Shown here piece after piece: positions 12,239-18,679 of a DNA stretch of 53,703 nt (positions within the stretch are counted from its first letter, which is position 1; the number at the start of each line of letters is the position of its first letter). The position numbers were made by a program, and so were the translations under genes. This DNA comes from Candidatus Magasanikbacteria bacterium RIFOXYC2_FULL_42_28 (GTDB taxonomy: Bacteria; Patescibacteriota; Patescibacteriia; Magasanikbacterales; GWA2-37-8), in NCBI GenBank assembly GCA_001784435.1, contig MFQZ01000004.1:1-53703 (forward strand), given 5' to 3'. The notes below the pieces were generated by a model that saw nothing but the letters and a program-made list of their open reading frames with translations, ran no database searches and was not told the origin of the DNA.

Positions 12239-12505
12239 TCAACACGTGCCTTCCTGGGGAGTGGGGCGACAGGCGCCCCACTCATGTCCGTCTTGACCGC
12301 ATACGCCGCAATAGGGCGCGCGAGCCAAAACAGGCGGTGAGACAAACTTTGGCTCACTCATTCGGCCGTCAACTGACGGTCGAGGGCGTGAACCATTGCG
12401 CTTCTCCTTGCGACCTTTGGGTCGCGGTTCGTGTTGTTTTTCGTCAAGCATGCGAATGCCGTGCTTGTTCTTCGGCCGTTCTGACGGCCGTCTCCAATCG
12501 TTCAA
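12239..12505 (-). CDS. Small basic protein with a CCHC zinc knuckle (TTG start after strong SD)
   Basis: AGGAGG 5 nt before TTG at 12505. C-x2-C-x4-H-x4-C (CGVCGQDGHEWGAC). Arg/Lys-rich. Locally GC-elevated. TTGACG-N16-GAAAAT at 12566..12539. Confidence 0.7.
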   Translation of the reverse strand: MNDWRRPSERPKNKHGIRMLDEKQHEPRPKGRKEKRNGSRPRPSVDGRMSEPKFVSPPVLARAPYCGVCGQDGHEWGACRPTPQEGTC

Positions 12506-12589
12506 CCCCACCTCCTCTCTTGGTTGAACTACCCAGGTATTTTCTCACATCCATCACCAGCGTCAATATTTTTGTCAATTGTCTGTGGC

Positions 12590-12598
12590 TGTGGATAA
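12590..12598 (-). promoter_or_regulatory. DnaA-box consensus TTATCCACA (second copy 15355..15363)
   Basis: Exact 9/9 consensus match on the minus strand at both sites. Confidence 0.55.
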
Positions 12599-14419
12599 CT
12601 AATTATTAATATTTTTTAATTTAATCTTCCCCATCACATGCAATTCGTTCATCGCGCGAGTTAAGGCGACATACAGCAAATCACGTTCAACCTTTTTAAT
12701 TTCCACGGCCAGTTCCGGTGGCAGATTGTCGGCGTTAGAATAGTTTTCGCTAATACCAACCAGGCAGACGATTTCAAATTCCACGCCTTGCGCTTCTTGT
12801 CGGCTTAAACAATGGACGCGTTTGTTATCGGCAAATTCTTTTTTAAATTCAGTAAGATATTCTTTGTCTTCGGCCAAAATGCCAATAGTGCCGGTACTCG
12901 CGTCGGTAATTATTTTTTTAATTTGCGTGATTTCTTCCATGGCTGATTCACAAATATATTCCTGCACCGGTTGGCCATCTTTAATCCCTATCGGAATCTG
13001 TACCGAATATCTCAGTGCGCGAATGTAAAGCAAAATTTGTTTGGTATTGCGGTAAACTTTTTGTAAAGCGACTAGACGGTTGGTTTCTACGGTTTCGCCA
13101 ATATCTCCCCAGTTTTTAATTGTGCCTAACTGTGTCTGCTGGGCCAGATCGCCAACATACACGACCGACTCCAGCCGGTGGTTTAGGCAAGTTTTAAGCA
13201 AAGACAATTGCTCGGGCAAGTAATTTTGAAATTCATCAATTATCATTAAATTGTATTGCGCCGGAAAGGCCTTGGTTTTTTTGCGATAAGTATTTCGTAT
13301 TGATTGTTCGTAATATTCTTTGTTGATAGTAAATTCTCCAAAAGTTTTAAGATGATAGTGTAATAAAATAGTTAAATCAAAGCGGTCTAAAGCACGTTCG
13401 TGTTTTTGTTTGGCAAATAATGCTAATTGGATTTTGTCAAAATAAAATTGATAAATTTCAGTCAGTAATACAAAAATATTTTTGTTATATTTCAAATCGG
13501 TTGGCAATTTTTTTAAAGTCGTAAGTTTGGCAAATTCATATAAGTTTTTTTCTTTTTCATTTTGTCCTGGGCGGATAATTATTTGATAATTTTCCAAACG
13601 CAATACCCTGAGCGCCCATTCGGCAAAAGTGATAATTTCAACGCCACGAATGCCAAGTTCAGGCAGTAGGTGAGAGAAGTAATCTCGCGTGCCAACATCT
13701 TGCACTAAAACTAAAATTGAATCAGCGGAAAATAGTTCGGTGGTTTCGGGAGATTGCATTAAGTAGGCGACACGGTGAAGCGCCATCGTGGTTTTGCCAG
13801 AGCCAGCTGGGCCGGAAATTACCAGTGGCCCAGGATAAGGCGCGCGCACGATTTGGTCTTGCGCTTTTTCCATTTGTTCAATTACTTCGGGCAATACGAA
13901 GCCGGGTTTTTGACGGGTAAAATGTTCTTGATAAATCAATTCGCGTGGGACAGCTGTGCTTTCGGTGGATAAAAATTTTAATTTGCCGTCCACAATCATG
14001 TATTGGTCTTTGCTAAGTAGTTGACCAGTTTGGATACTGCCGTCCGGGCGAGTGTAAGAAGCGGTCCCGGGATTTTCAAAACGTAAGGCAGCGGCTGGCG
14101 TTACCCACGAATATATTTTTTCATCATTAAAAGAAAATTTACCAAAATACATTGTTTTGGTTTCGTCATTAATTTTGAATTCACAGCGCGTGAAATATGG
14201 AGAAGGGTAGAGTTGTTTTAGATTTTCGATTTGGACATCGTTGTGCGCGGCGATGGTATATTGCGCGATCGCATCGCCCGGGTGCAGGGCTTGGGCGGTT
14301 TTTTTCATTACCGTTCCTTTGGTTTCACGCCGGGCAATATCACCAGTTATTTTTTCACGGACATGATTAACGTGTGTTCGGGCTTTATCTAGAAATTGTT
14401 TTTTAAGTTCTTCTTTCAT
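12599..14419 (-). CDS. HelD-like SF1 (UvrD-type) ATPase/helicase (probable start MKEELKK)
   Basis: GPAGSGKTT Walker A, MALHRVAYL, IIDEFQ, VGDLAQ, YVALTRA, N-terminal SPYF..YFG region typical of the HelD family. Confidence 0.85.
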   Translation of the reverse strand: MKEELKKQFLDKARTHVNHVREKITGDIARRETKGTVMKKTAQALHPGDAIAQYTIAAHNDVQIENLKQLYPSPYFTRCEFKINDETKTMYFGKFSFNDEKIYSWVTPAAALRFENPGTASYTRPDGSIQTGQLLSKDQYMIVDGKLKFLSTESTAVPRELIYQEHFTRQKPGFVLPEVIEQMEKAQDQIVRAPYPGPLVISGPAGSGKTTMALHRVAYLMQSPETTELFSADSILVLVQDVGTRDYFSHLLPELGIRGVEIITFAEWALRVLRLENYQIIIRPGQNEKEKNLYEFAKLTTLKKLPTDLKYNKNIFVLLTEIYQFYFDKIQLALFAKQKHERALDRFDLTILLHYHLKTFGEFTINKEYYEQSIRNTYRKKTKAFPAQYNLMIIDEFQNYLPEQLSLLKTCLNHRLESVVYVGDLAQQTQLGTIKNWGDIGETVETNRLVALQKVYRNTKQILLYIRALRYSVQIPIGIKDGQPVQEYICESAMEEITQIKKIITDASTGTIGILAEDKEYLTEFKKEFADNKRVHCLSRQEAQGVEFEIVCLVGISENYSNADNLPPELAVEIKKVERDLLYVALTRAMNELHVMGKIKLKNINN

Positions 14420-14449
14420 AATATATAGATTATACATTTAAAATAAAAA

Positions 14450-14468
14450 ATCCCGACTTAGTCGGGAT
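14450..14468 (-). terminator. Leader terminator-like hairpin ATCCCGAC-TAA-GTCGGGAT plus T-tract upstream of the HelD-like gene
   Basis: Perfect 8-bp stem followed by ttttt on the minus strand. Confidence 0.65.
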
Positions 14469-14520
14469 CTGGGCGATTATAATTTTTGAGTTTACTAAAT
14501 TGTTGTATGTAGTAAGTCAT
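14458..14520 (-). CDS. Putative 20-aa leader peptide MTYYIQQFSKLKNYNRPDPD
   Basis: ATG just after the predicted TSS. The stop codon TAA forms the loop of the leader hairpin. Confidence 0.4.
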   Translation of the reverse strand: MTYYIQQFSKLKNYNRPDPD

Positions 14521-14532
14521 ACTTGTGTGAAT

Positions 14533-14561
14533 AGTATAAACTGAAATTTGGCATTTGTCAA
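14533..14561 (-). promoter_or_regulatory. Sigma70 promoter TTGACA-N17-TATACT
   Basis: Consensus hexamers with 17-nt spacer, pointing to the HelD-like gene. Confidence 0.75.
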
Positions 14562-14584
14562 GTGTTATAAATTGGCTGGTCGGA

Positions 14585-14665
14585 TGCCGACTCAGTCGGC
14601 ACAACTTTCTCCCGATTCAATACGGGATGCAAGCACCGACTCAGTCGGAATGCTCTAAATAGTTG
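14585..14665 (-). pseudogene. Degenerate tRNA-Asp relic containing CCGAC-TCA-GTCGG hairpins
   Basis: caacttt and tgctctaa..agttg segments match the tRNA-Asp variable-loop and D-arm context, with palindromes in between. Confidence 0.5.
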
Positions 14666-14689
14666 TTTTATAAAAAATAAGCCACTAAG

Positions 14690-14763
14690 CGGGTCGGACG
14701 GGACTCGAACCCGCAACTTCTGCCGTGACAGGGCAGTGCTCTAACCAGTTGAACTACCGACCC
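14690..14763 (-). tRNA. tRNA-Asp (GUC)
   Basis: GGGTCGG/CCGACCC acceptor stem, D-arm, anticodon arm ctgcc-ctGTCac-ggcag, T-loop GTTCGAG. CCA not encoded. Confidence 0.97.
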
Positions 14764-14773
14764 GCTTAATGGC

Positions 14774-15034
14774 TTACGCACCATGCTGTTCAAAGTACCA
14801 CTTTATGTATTTTGTATTTTTTGTTCGTTTTAGTCTGCTTTCAAGTTTAGTCGCCTCAGAATTTGTTTGAGAAATTATGGTTCCAATCAAAGTCCACGGC
14901 GATCCTGTTTTAGTATACTTTTCTTCTCCGTTATTATGTTCTTTAAATCGTCTTGTTATGTTATTGGTTTTCCCGATGTAGTATTTATTTCTTGATTGGC
15001 TGTGCAGTAAGTAGGTATAAAATATTTCCTCCAT
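14774..15034 (-). CDS. Stand-alone GIY-YIG endonuclease, 86 aa
   Basis: YTYLL...YYIGKT...RRFKEHN...EATKLE GIY-YIG motif set. Confidence 0.92.
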   Translation of the reverse strand: MEEIFYTYLLHSQSRNKYYIGKTNNITRRFKEHNNGEEKYTKTGSPWTLIGTIISQTNSEATKLESRLKRTKNTKYIKWYFEQHGA

Positions 15035-15050
15035 ATATTTTAATTACCCA

Positions 15051-15104
15051 GCAACTTTCCCGACTTAGTCGGGATGCTCTAACCAGTTGAACTACCGACC
15101 CGCT
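15051..15104 (-). pseudogene. 5' two-thirds tRNA-Asp copy with the anticodon arm replaced by a 17-nt palindrome
   Basis: 30 nt (15075..15104) identical to 14737..14766. The 17-nt tcccgactaagtcggga replaces the 17-nt anticodon arm. aagttgc variable loop retained. No T-arm. Confidence 0.85.
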
Positions 15105-15154
15105 AATTATTCTAAATTGTTTTATATTAATTACTACAAATTTTTAACAAGTTA

Positions 15155-15183
15155 ATTATAGTATATTTTTTGATTTTCGTCAA
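15155..15183 (-). promoter_or_regulatory. Sigma70 promoter TTGACG-N17-TATAAT for the tRNA relic / GIY-YIG / tRNA-Asp unit
   Basis: Consensus hexamers, 17-nt spacer. Confidence 0.8.
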
Positions 15184-15196
15184 GACCAACCTAAAA

Positions 15197-15289
15197 TAAA
15201 AAAACCCGGTAAGCGTCCGAACGAGCGAGAGTCAAAGGAGGGGGATGACTCCACTACGTTCGAACACTTACCAGGTCTTTAATAACTAT
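15197..15289 (-). ncRNA. Candidate ~90-nt small RNA: long hairpin with an anti-SD loop (UCCCCCUCCUU) ending in a U-tract
   Basis: Directly downstream of a perfect promoter. cctggtaagtgttcgaacg...cgttcggacgcttaccggg stem followed by tttttt. No ORF. Confidence 0.6.
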
Positions 15290-15295
15290 TAAATA

Positions 15296-15324
15296 ATTAT
15301 ACCGCACCGCCACAACCCTGTCAA
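15296..15324 (-). promoter_or_regulatory. Perfect sigma70 promoter TTGACA-N17-TATAAT
   Basis: Exact consensus on the minus strand. Confidence 0.85.
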
Positions 15325-15370
15325 GTCCTTAATTTAAGGCAAATTTTCTCAAACTGTGGATAACTCTTGT

Positions 15371-15439
15371 CCTGAACCGATGTTATCACATCTGGTTTAG
15401 GACGTAGCCCTGAACCGATGCCGTAGCATCTGGTTTAGG
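15371..15439. repeat. Two tandem copies of a 31-bp hairpin cctgaaccgatg-N6-catctggtttagg, overlapping the rplT stop
   Basis: Copies at 15371..15401 and 15409..15439 differ only in the loop. Confidence 0.85.
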
Positions 15440-15782
15440 GTTTGACTACCGCTAAAATTTGTTTGAATAAGGCCGGGTAATTTTGCGCGATTTGCGACAA
15501 TACCTTGCGGTCCAGCGCGATGCCTTTTTTCTTGAGCGCGTCCATTAATTTGCTGTAAGAAATTCCTTCTTTGCGAGCGGCGGCATTAATTTTTATTTGC
15601 CATAATCCGCGCGCGGTGCGTTTTTTGACTTTACGGTCGTTGAAAGCGTATTGGCCGGCTTTGGAGCGGGCGGTTTTGGCTACTTTAATCTTGGACTTGC
15701 GGCCCCACATGTAGCCCTTGGTATGTTTTAAAATTCCGCGTCGGCGTTTGGCATGCAATACGCCACCTTTAATTCTGGTCAT
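15435..15782 (-). CDS. rplT: 50S ribosomal protein L20
   Basis: MTRIKGG..KGYMWG..RGLWQIKINAAAR..SYSKLM..LDRKVLSQIA. Confidence 0.98.
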   Translation of the reverse strand: MTRIKGGVLHAKRRRGILKHTKGYMWGRKSKIKVAKTARSKAGQYAFNDRKVKKRTARGLWQIKINAAARKEGISYSKLMDALKKKGIALDRKVLSQIAQNYPALFKQILAVVKP

Positions 15783-15811
15783 AAATTTTAGTATTAGTTA
15801 GTTTATTATGA

Positions 15812-15883
15812 TGTCATTCCCGCGAAAGCGGGAATCCAGTCGCCGTTTATAGTTTCTGGATCCCCGTTTTCACGGGGATGACA
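15812..15883. repeat. REP/RPE-like double-hairpin element tgtcattcccgcgaaagcgggaatccag...ctggatccccgttttcacggggatgaca
   Basis: Terminal inverted tgtcat/atgaca with two internal hairpins. Intergenic rpmI-rplT. Confidence 0.9.
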
Positions 15884-15894
15884 GTGATTTTCGA

Positions 15895-16089
15895 TTAGTT
15901 CGGCATGGCGATATCCATGAAACCTTTCAAGGTTTTACTCGCGATGTAAGCACGGCGTTTATGACGACGGACTTTGCCGGTTTCGCGGGCGTTAAAATGG
16001 TCTTGGCCGGTAACGCGTTTTTTGATTTTACCGGTTTTGGTAACCTTGAATCTTTTGGCTATCGCTTTTCGGGTTTTCATTTTTGGCAT
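15895..16089 (-). CDS. rpmI: 50S ribosomal protein L35
   Basis: MPKMKTRKAIAKRFKVTKTGKI. Position between infC and rplT. Confidence 0.97.
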   Translation of the reverse strand: MPKMKTRKAIAKRFKVTKTGKIKKRVTGQDHFNARETGKVRRHKRRAYIASKTLKGFMDIAMPN

Positions 16090-16114
16090 ATATTTTTATT
16101 TGTTTTTAAAAAGT

Positions 16115-16657
16115 TTATATTCTCATTAATGTCGCCATAATTTTGTTGGCTTGGCGTTCCACGTCTTCTTCGCGACGCACCGGAAAAACGGCGTTTAAGT
16201 CGGCGATAAATTTATTCATTACTTCCAGGGCCATTTGTCCGCGCTGCATTTCGCGACCGCGTAAAATTATTTCTATTTTTACTTTATCGCCTTGTTCAAA
16301 AAATTTAATCGCTTGATTTTTGCGGATTTCTAAATCGTGGGCGCCGATGCGCAGTGACAGTCGGACGCATTTGGTTTCTACCACGTGTTGGTGGGCGCGA
16401 CGCAAACGGGCTTCTTTTTCTTGGGCATAGCGGAATTGTCCAAAGTTCATTATTTTTGCCACCGGCGGATCGGCTTTGGGGTTAATTTCCACTAAATCCA
16501 ATTCACGTTCGCGCGCCAAGCGTATCGCGACCGCGGTTGGCATTACCCCTAAATTACCATTATCATCCAGTACCAAAACCTGAAGAGCCCGAATGCCTTC
16601 GTTGTAAAAAAATACCTTTTTTGGTTCCTCCGGTCTTTTTTTGCGGGAAATTCTCAT
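16115..16657 (-). CDS. infC: Translation initiation factor IF-3
   Basis: NEGIRA..LDLVEI..PPVAKIMNFGQFRY..GDKVKI..LRGRE. Confidence 0.97.
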   Translation of the reverse strand: MRISRKKRPEEPKKVFFYNEGIRALQVLVLDDNGNLGVMPTAVAIRLARERELDLVEINPKADPPVAKIMNFGQFRYAQEKEARLRRAHQHVVETKCVRLSLRIGAHDLEIRKNQAIKFFEQGDKVKIEIILRGREMQRGQMALEVMNKFIADLNAVFPVRREEDVERQANKIMATLMRI

Positions 16658-16667
16658 AGTTAATTTT

Positions 16668-17071
16668 GTGGAGGCGGCGAGAGTTGAACTCGCGTCCGAT
16701 GAAAACGATTATTACCTTCTACAAGTTTAGCGTTTTTATTTTTTTCGACGAACGGGTACGAAAAGCGCAAAAGTCACGTTCGCTTAGCCGAATTAATTTC
16801 GCTTATTTTGTCCGGCGCCAAAATAAACTACTTTCCGTGGTTTACACCGGATCTGTGCTACGGAATCTTACACAGACGATGCCGACCGGCCCTTAGGCCA
16901 AAGTCGGAGCTAAGTTACAGCTACCGCAGCCGCCAAAGGCGACAGCAATCGCGTTCTTAACTTTTGATAACAAGTTGGCACTTATTATGTTGTTTCGGCA
17001 GATTAAAGAGGCCCGAAACCGTCTCTACTTGCGAGTGACAACCGATTTTACCGTCGATGCCCAACGCCCCC
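16668..17071 (-). ncRNA. ssrA: tmRNA; tag reading frame 16979..16893 (ANLLSKVKNAIAVAFGGCGSCNLAPTLA)
   Basis: 5' GGGGGCG pairs with 3' CGCCTCCA. T-arm gcgag-TTCAACT-ctcgc. Resume context ATAAGT-GCC-AAC. Adjacent to smpB. Confidence 0.93.
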
Positions 17072-17107
17072 GTATCAATTTTCAATTATCAATTTACAAT
17101 TTTCAAT

Positions 17108-17548
17108 TCAATTTTTCAATGTTCTCTTAATCTCTCGGTCTAAATCGCGCTTCTTAATTGTTTCACGTTTATCGTATTTTTGCTTGCCTCGTCCCACCGC
17201 GATTTCAACTTTGACAAAGCGATGTTTAGTATACACTGAAAGTGGCACTATTGTCAAGCCCTTTTCTTGGGTTTTTCCTTGTAAATAGCGGATTTCTCTT
17301 TTGTGAAGCAAGAGTCGTCGACTGCGGTCCGGTTCATACTCCAATTGTTTACCGGCCGGTTTGTAAGCGCTCACATGGGCGTTAATCAGATACGCCATAT
17401 CATTATGAAAAGTAACATAGGCCCCCTTTAAAGAAATTTGTCCGTTTTTTACCGATTTCACTTCCGGTCCGGTCAATTCCAAACCCGCCTCCATTTTTTC
17501 GAGGATTTCGTAATCAAATAGTGCTTTTTTGTTCTGGGCCAAAGACAT
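17108..17548 (-). CDS. smpB: SsrA-binding protein
   Basis: NKKALFDYEIL..EAGLELTGPEVKS..RRLLLHKREI..GLTIVPL..GKQKYDKRETIK. Confidence 0.98.
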   Translation of the reverse strand: MSLAQNKKALFDYEILEKMEAGLELTGPEVKSVKNGQISLKGAYVTFHNDMAYLINAHVSAYKPAGKQLEYEPDRSRRLLLHKREIRYLQGKTQEKGLTIVPLSVYTKHRFVKVEIAVGRGKQKYDKRETIKKRDLDREIKRTLKN

Positions 17549-17588
17549 ATTTTCCGTAGTTTAGCATAAATTTTCATAAAAAACAAGG

Positions 17589-17617
17589 GTTGATTTTTTG
17601 GCGCGGATGTGGTATAA
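17589..17617 (+). promoter_or_regulatory. Sigma70 promoter TTGATT-N17-TATAAT
   Basis: Near-consensus, divergent from smpB. Confidence 0.65.
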
Positions 17618-17630
17618 TATAAATATTAAT

Positions 17631-17741
17631 AATGTCAAATATCCAATTTCCAATGTCAAATCAAATCCAAAATCTAAATTACAAATTTGACATTTTAACT
17701 TTGACATTGATTGGAAATTGGGAATTTGGATTTTGAAATTT
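17631..17741 (+). repeat. Heptamer-periodic imperfect inverted-repeat element (family copy)
   Basis: aatgtcaaat/ccaattt units on the left arm, tttgacatt/ggaaatt units on the right. Related copies at 18552, 40746, 43345, 49074, 49907. Confidence 0.85.
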
Positions 17742-17747
17742 CACTAT

Positions 17748-18545
17748 ATGTCCTTTCCTTGGCACAAAATTTCCATGCACCCGCGTTTGGCCGCGGTAAC
17801 CGAATTTGTGGTCGCGCTTTTGTTTTGGTTGGCGCTTACGCGTTTGACGGTTTTTTGGATGTTAGTGGTTTGGATTTTATTTAGGCTCGCGCTATCGGCT
17901 ATGGTTATTCGCCTTTGCTATTATCCGCCCGCTTGGAAACGCGTGCGTCATTTTTTGGTTTTAGCTTTATTTAATTTTGGTTTGTTATTTTATCTGCTTT
18001 TTGTGGAACAAATATTGAGCACGCGTTTGTCCGGGCTGATTTTTATATTTTTGCCGGCGTTAAGTTTTTGGTTGTTGCCGGCCACCCCCGATCGTTCTTT
18101 GCTCGCGTTTAAACCGGAACGGCGCGTTCGGCTCGCGTTGACGATTTTTGGCCTGTGCGGAATTTGGGTGGGAATTTATTCTTCTATTATTTTACAAATT
18201 TTTAACGTCCATTTCTGGTTGTGGTTATTTTTGGGTTCCTGCCTGTCCGCTTGGTCCGCGTATTTTTGGTGGCAAGAATATGAAATTGAAAATGTTACTA
18301 AAATGCGCGTTTGGGCGCTCGCGGTTTTGGCGATGATGCTGGAATTGGCTTGGGTGATTTATTTATTACCGCTCGGTTATTTTATTTCCGGTTTTTTAGT
18401 CACATGGTTTTGGTATGGGCTGTGGATTATGGCGCGATTTTATTTTACCCCGGCGGGAATAAATTGGAAAAAGCAAAGCGTTTTTTTAATTGTTAATGGC
18501 GTTTTGCTATTTTTGTTTTTGATGTTCGTGGCGAGATGGCGATAG
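17748..18545 (+). CDS. Multi-pass membrane hypothetical protein (probable start 17748)
   Basis: Highly hydrophobic throughout. The upstream TTG extension lies in the repeat element. Confidence 0.8.
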   Translation: MSFPWHKISMHPRLAAVTEFVVALLFWLALTRLTVFWMLVVWILFRLALSAMVIRLCYYPPAWKRVRHFLVLALFNFGLLFYLLFVEQILSTRLSGLIFIFLPALSFWLLPATPDRSLLAFKPERRVRLALTIFGLCGIWVGIYSSIILQIFNVHFWLWLFLGSCLSAWSAYFWWQEYEIENVTKMRVWALAVLAMMLELAWVIYLLPLGYFISGFLVTWFWYGLWIMARFYFTPAGINWKKQSVFLIVNGVLLFLFLMFVARWR

Positions 18546-18551
18546 TATTAA

Positions 18552-18668
18552 TAATGTCAAATGTCAAATTTCCAATGTCAAACCAAATCCAAAATTCAAA
18601 TGCCAAATCGCGTTTTGAGCTTGGGGATTTGACATTGATTTGACATTGGAAATTTGGATTTTGAAATT
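18552..18668 (+). repeat. Heptamer-periodic inverted-repeat element
   Basis: Same family. Ends ggaaatttggattttgaaatt 11 nt before the ATG at 18680. Confidence 0.85.
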
Positions 18669-18679
18669 TATTTTTATTT

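Noticed and set aside
12139-12609. Plus-strand 156-aa ORF
   Set aside because: No SD or motif. The opposite strand has a strong SD and a CCHC motif.
16666-16896. Plus-strand 76-aa ORF
   Set aside because: Antisense to the tmRNA gene.
17718-17747. N-terminal extensions of ORFs at 17718, 40775, 43360 and 50001
   Set aside because: These alternative starts fall inside heptamer repeat elements. Downstream ATGs fit better.
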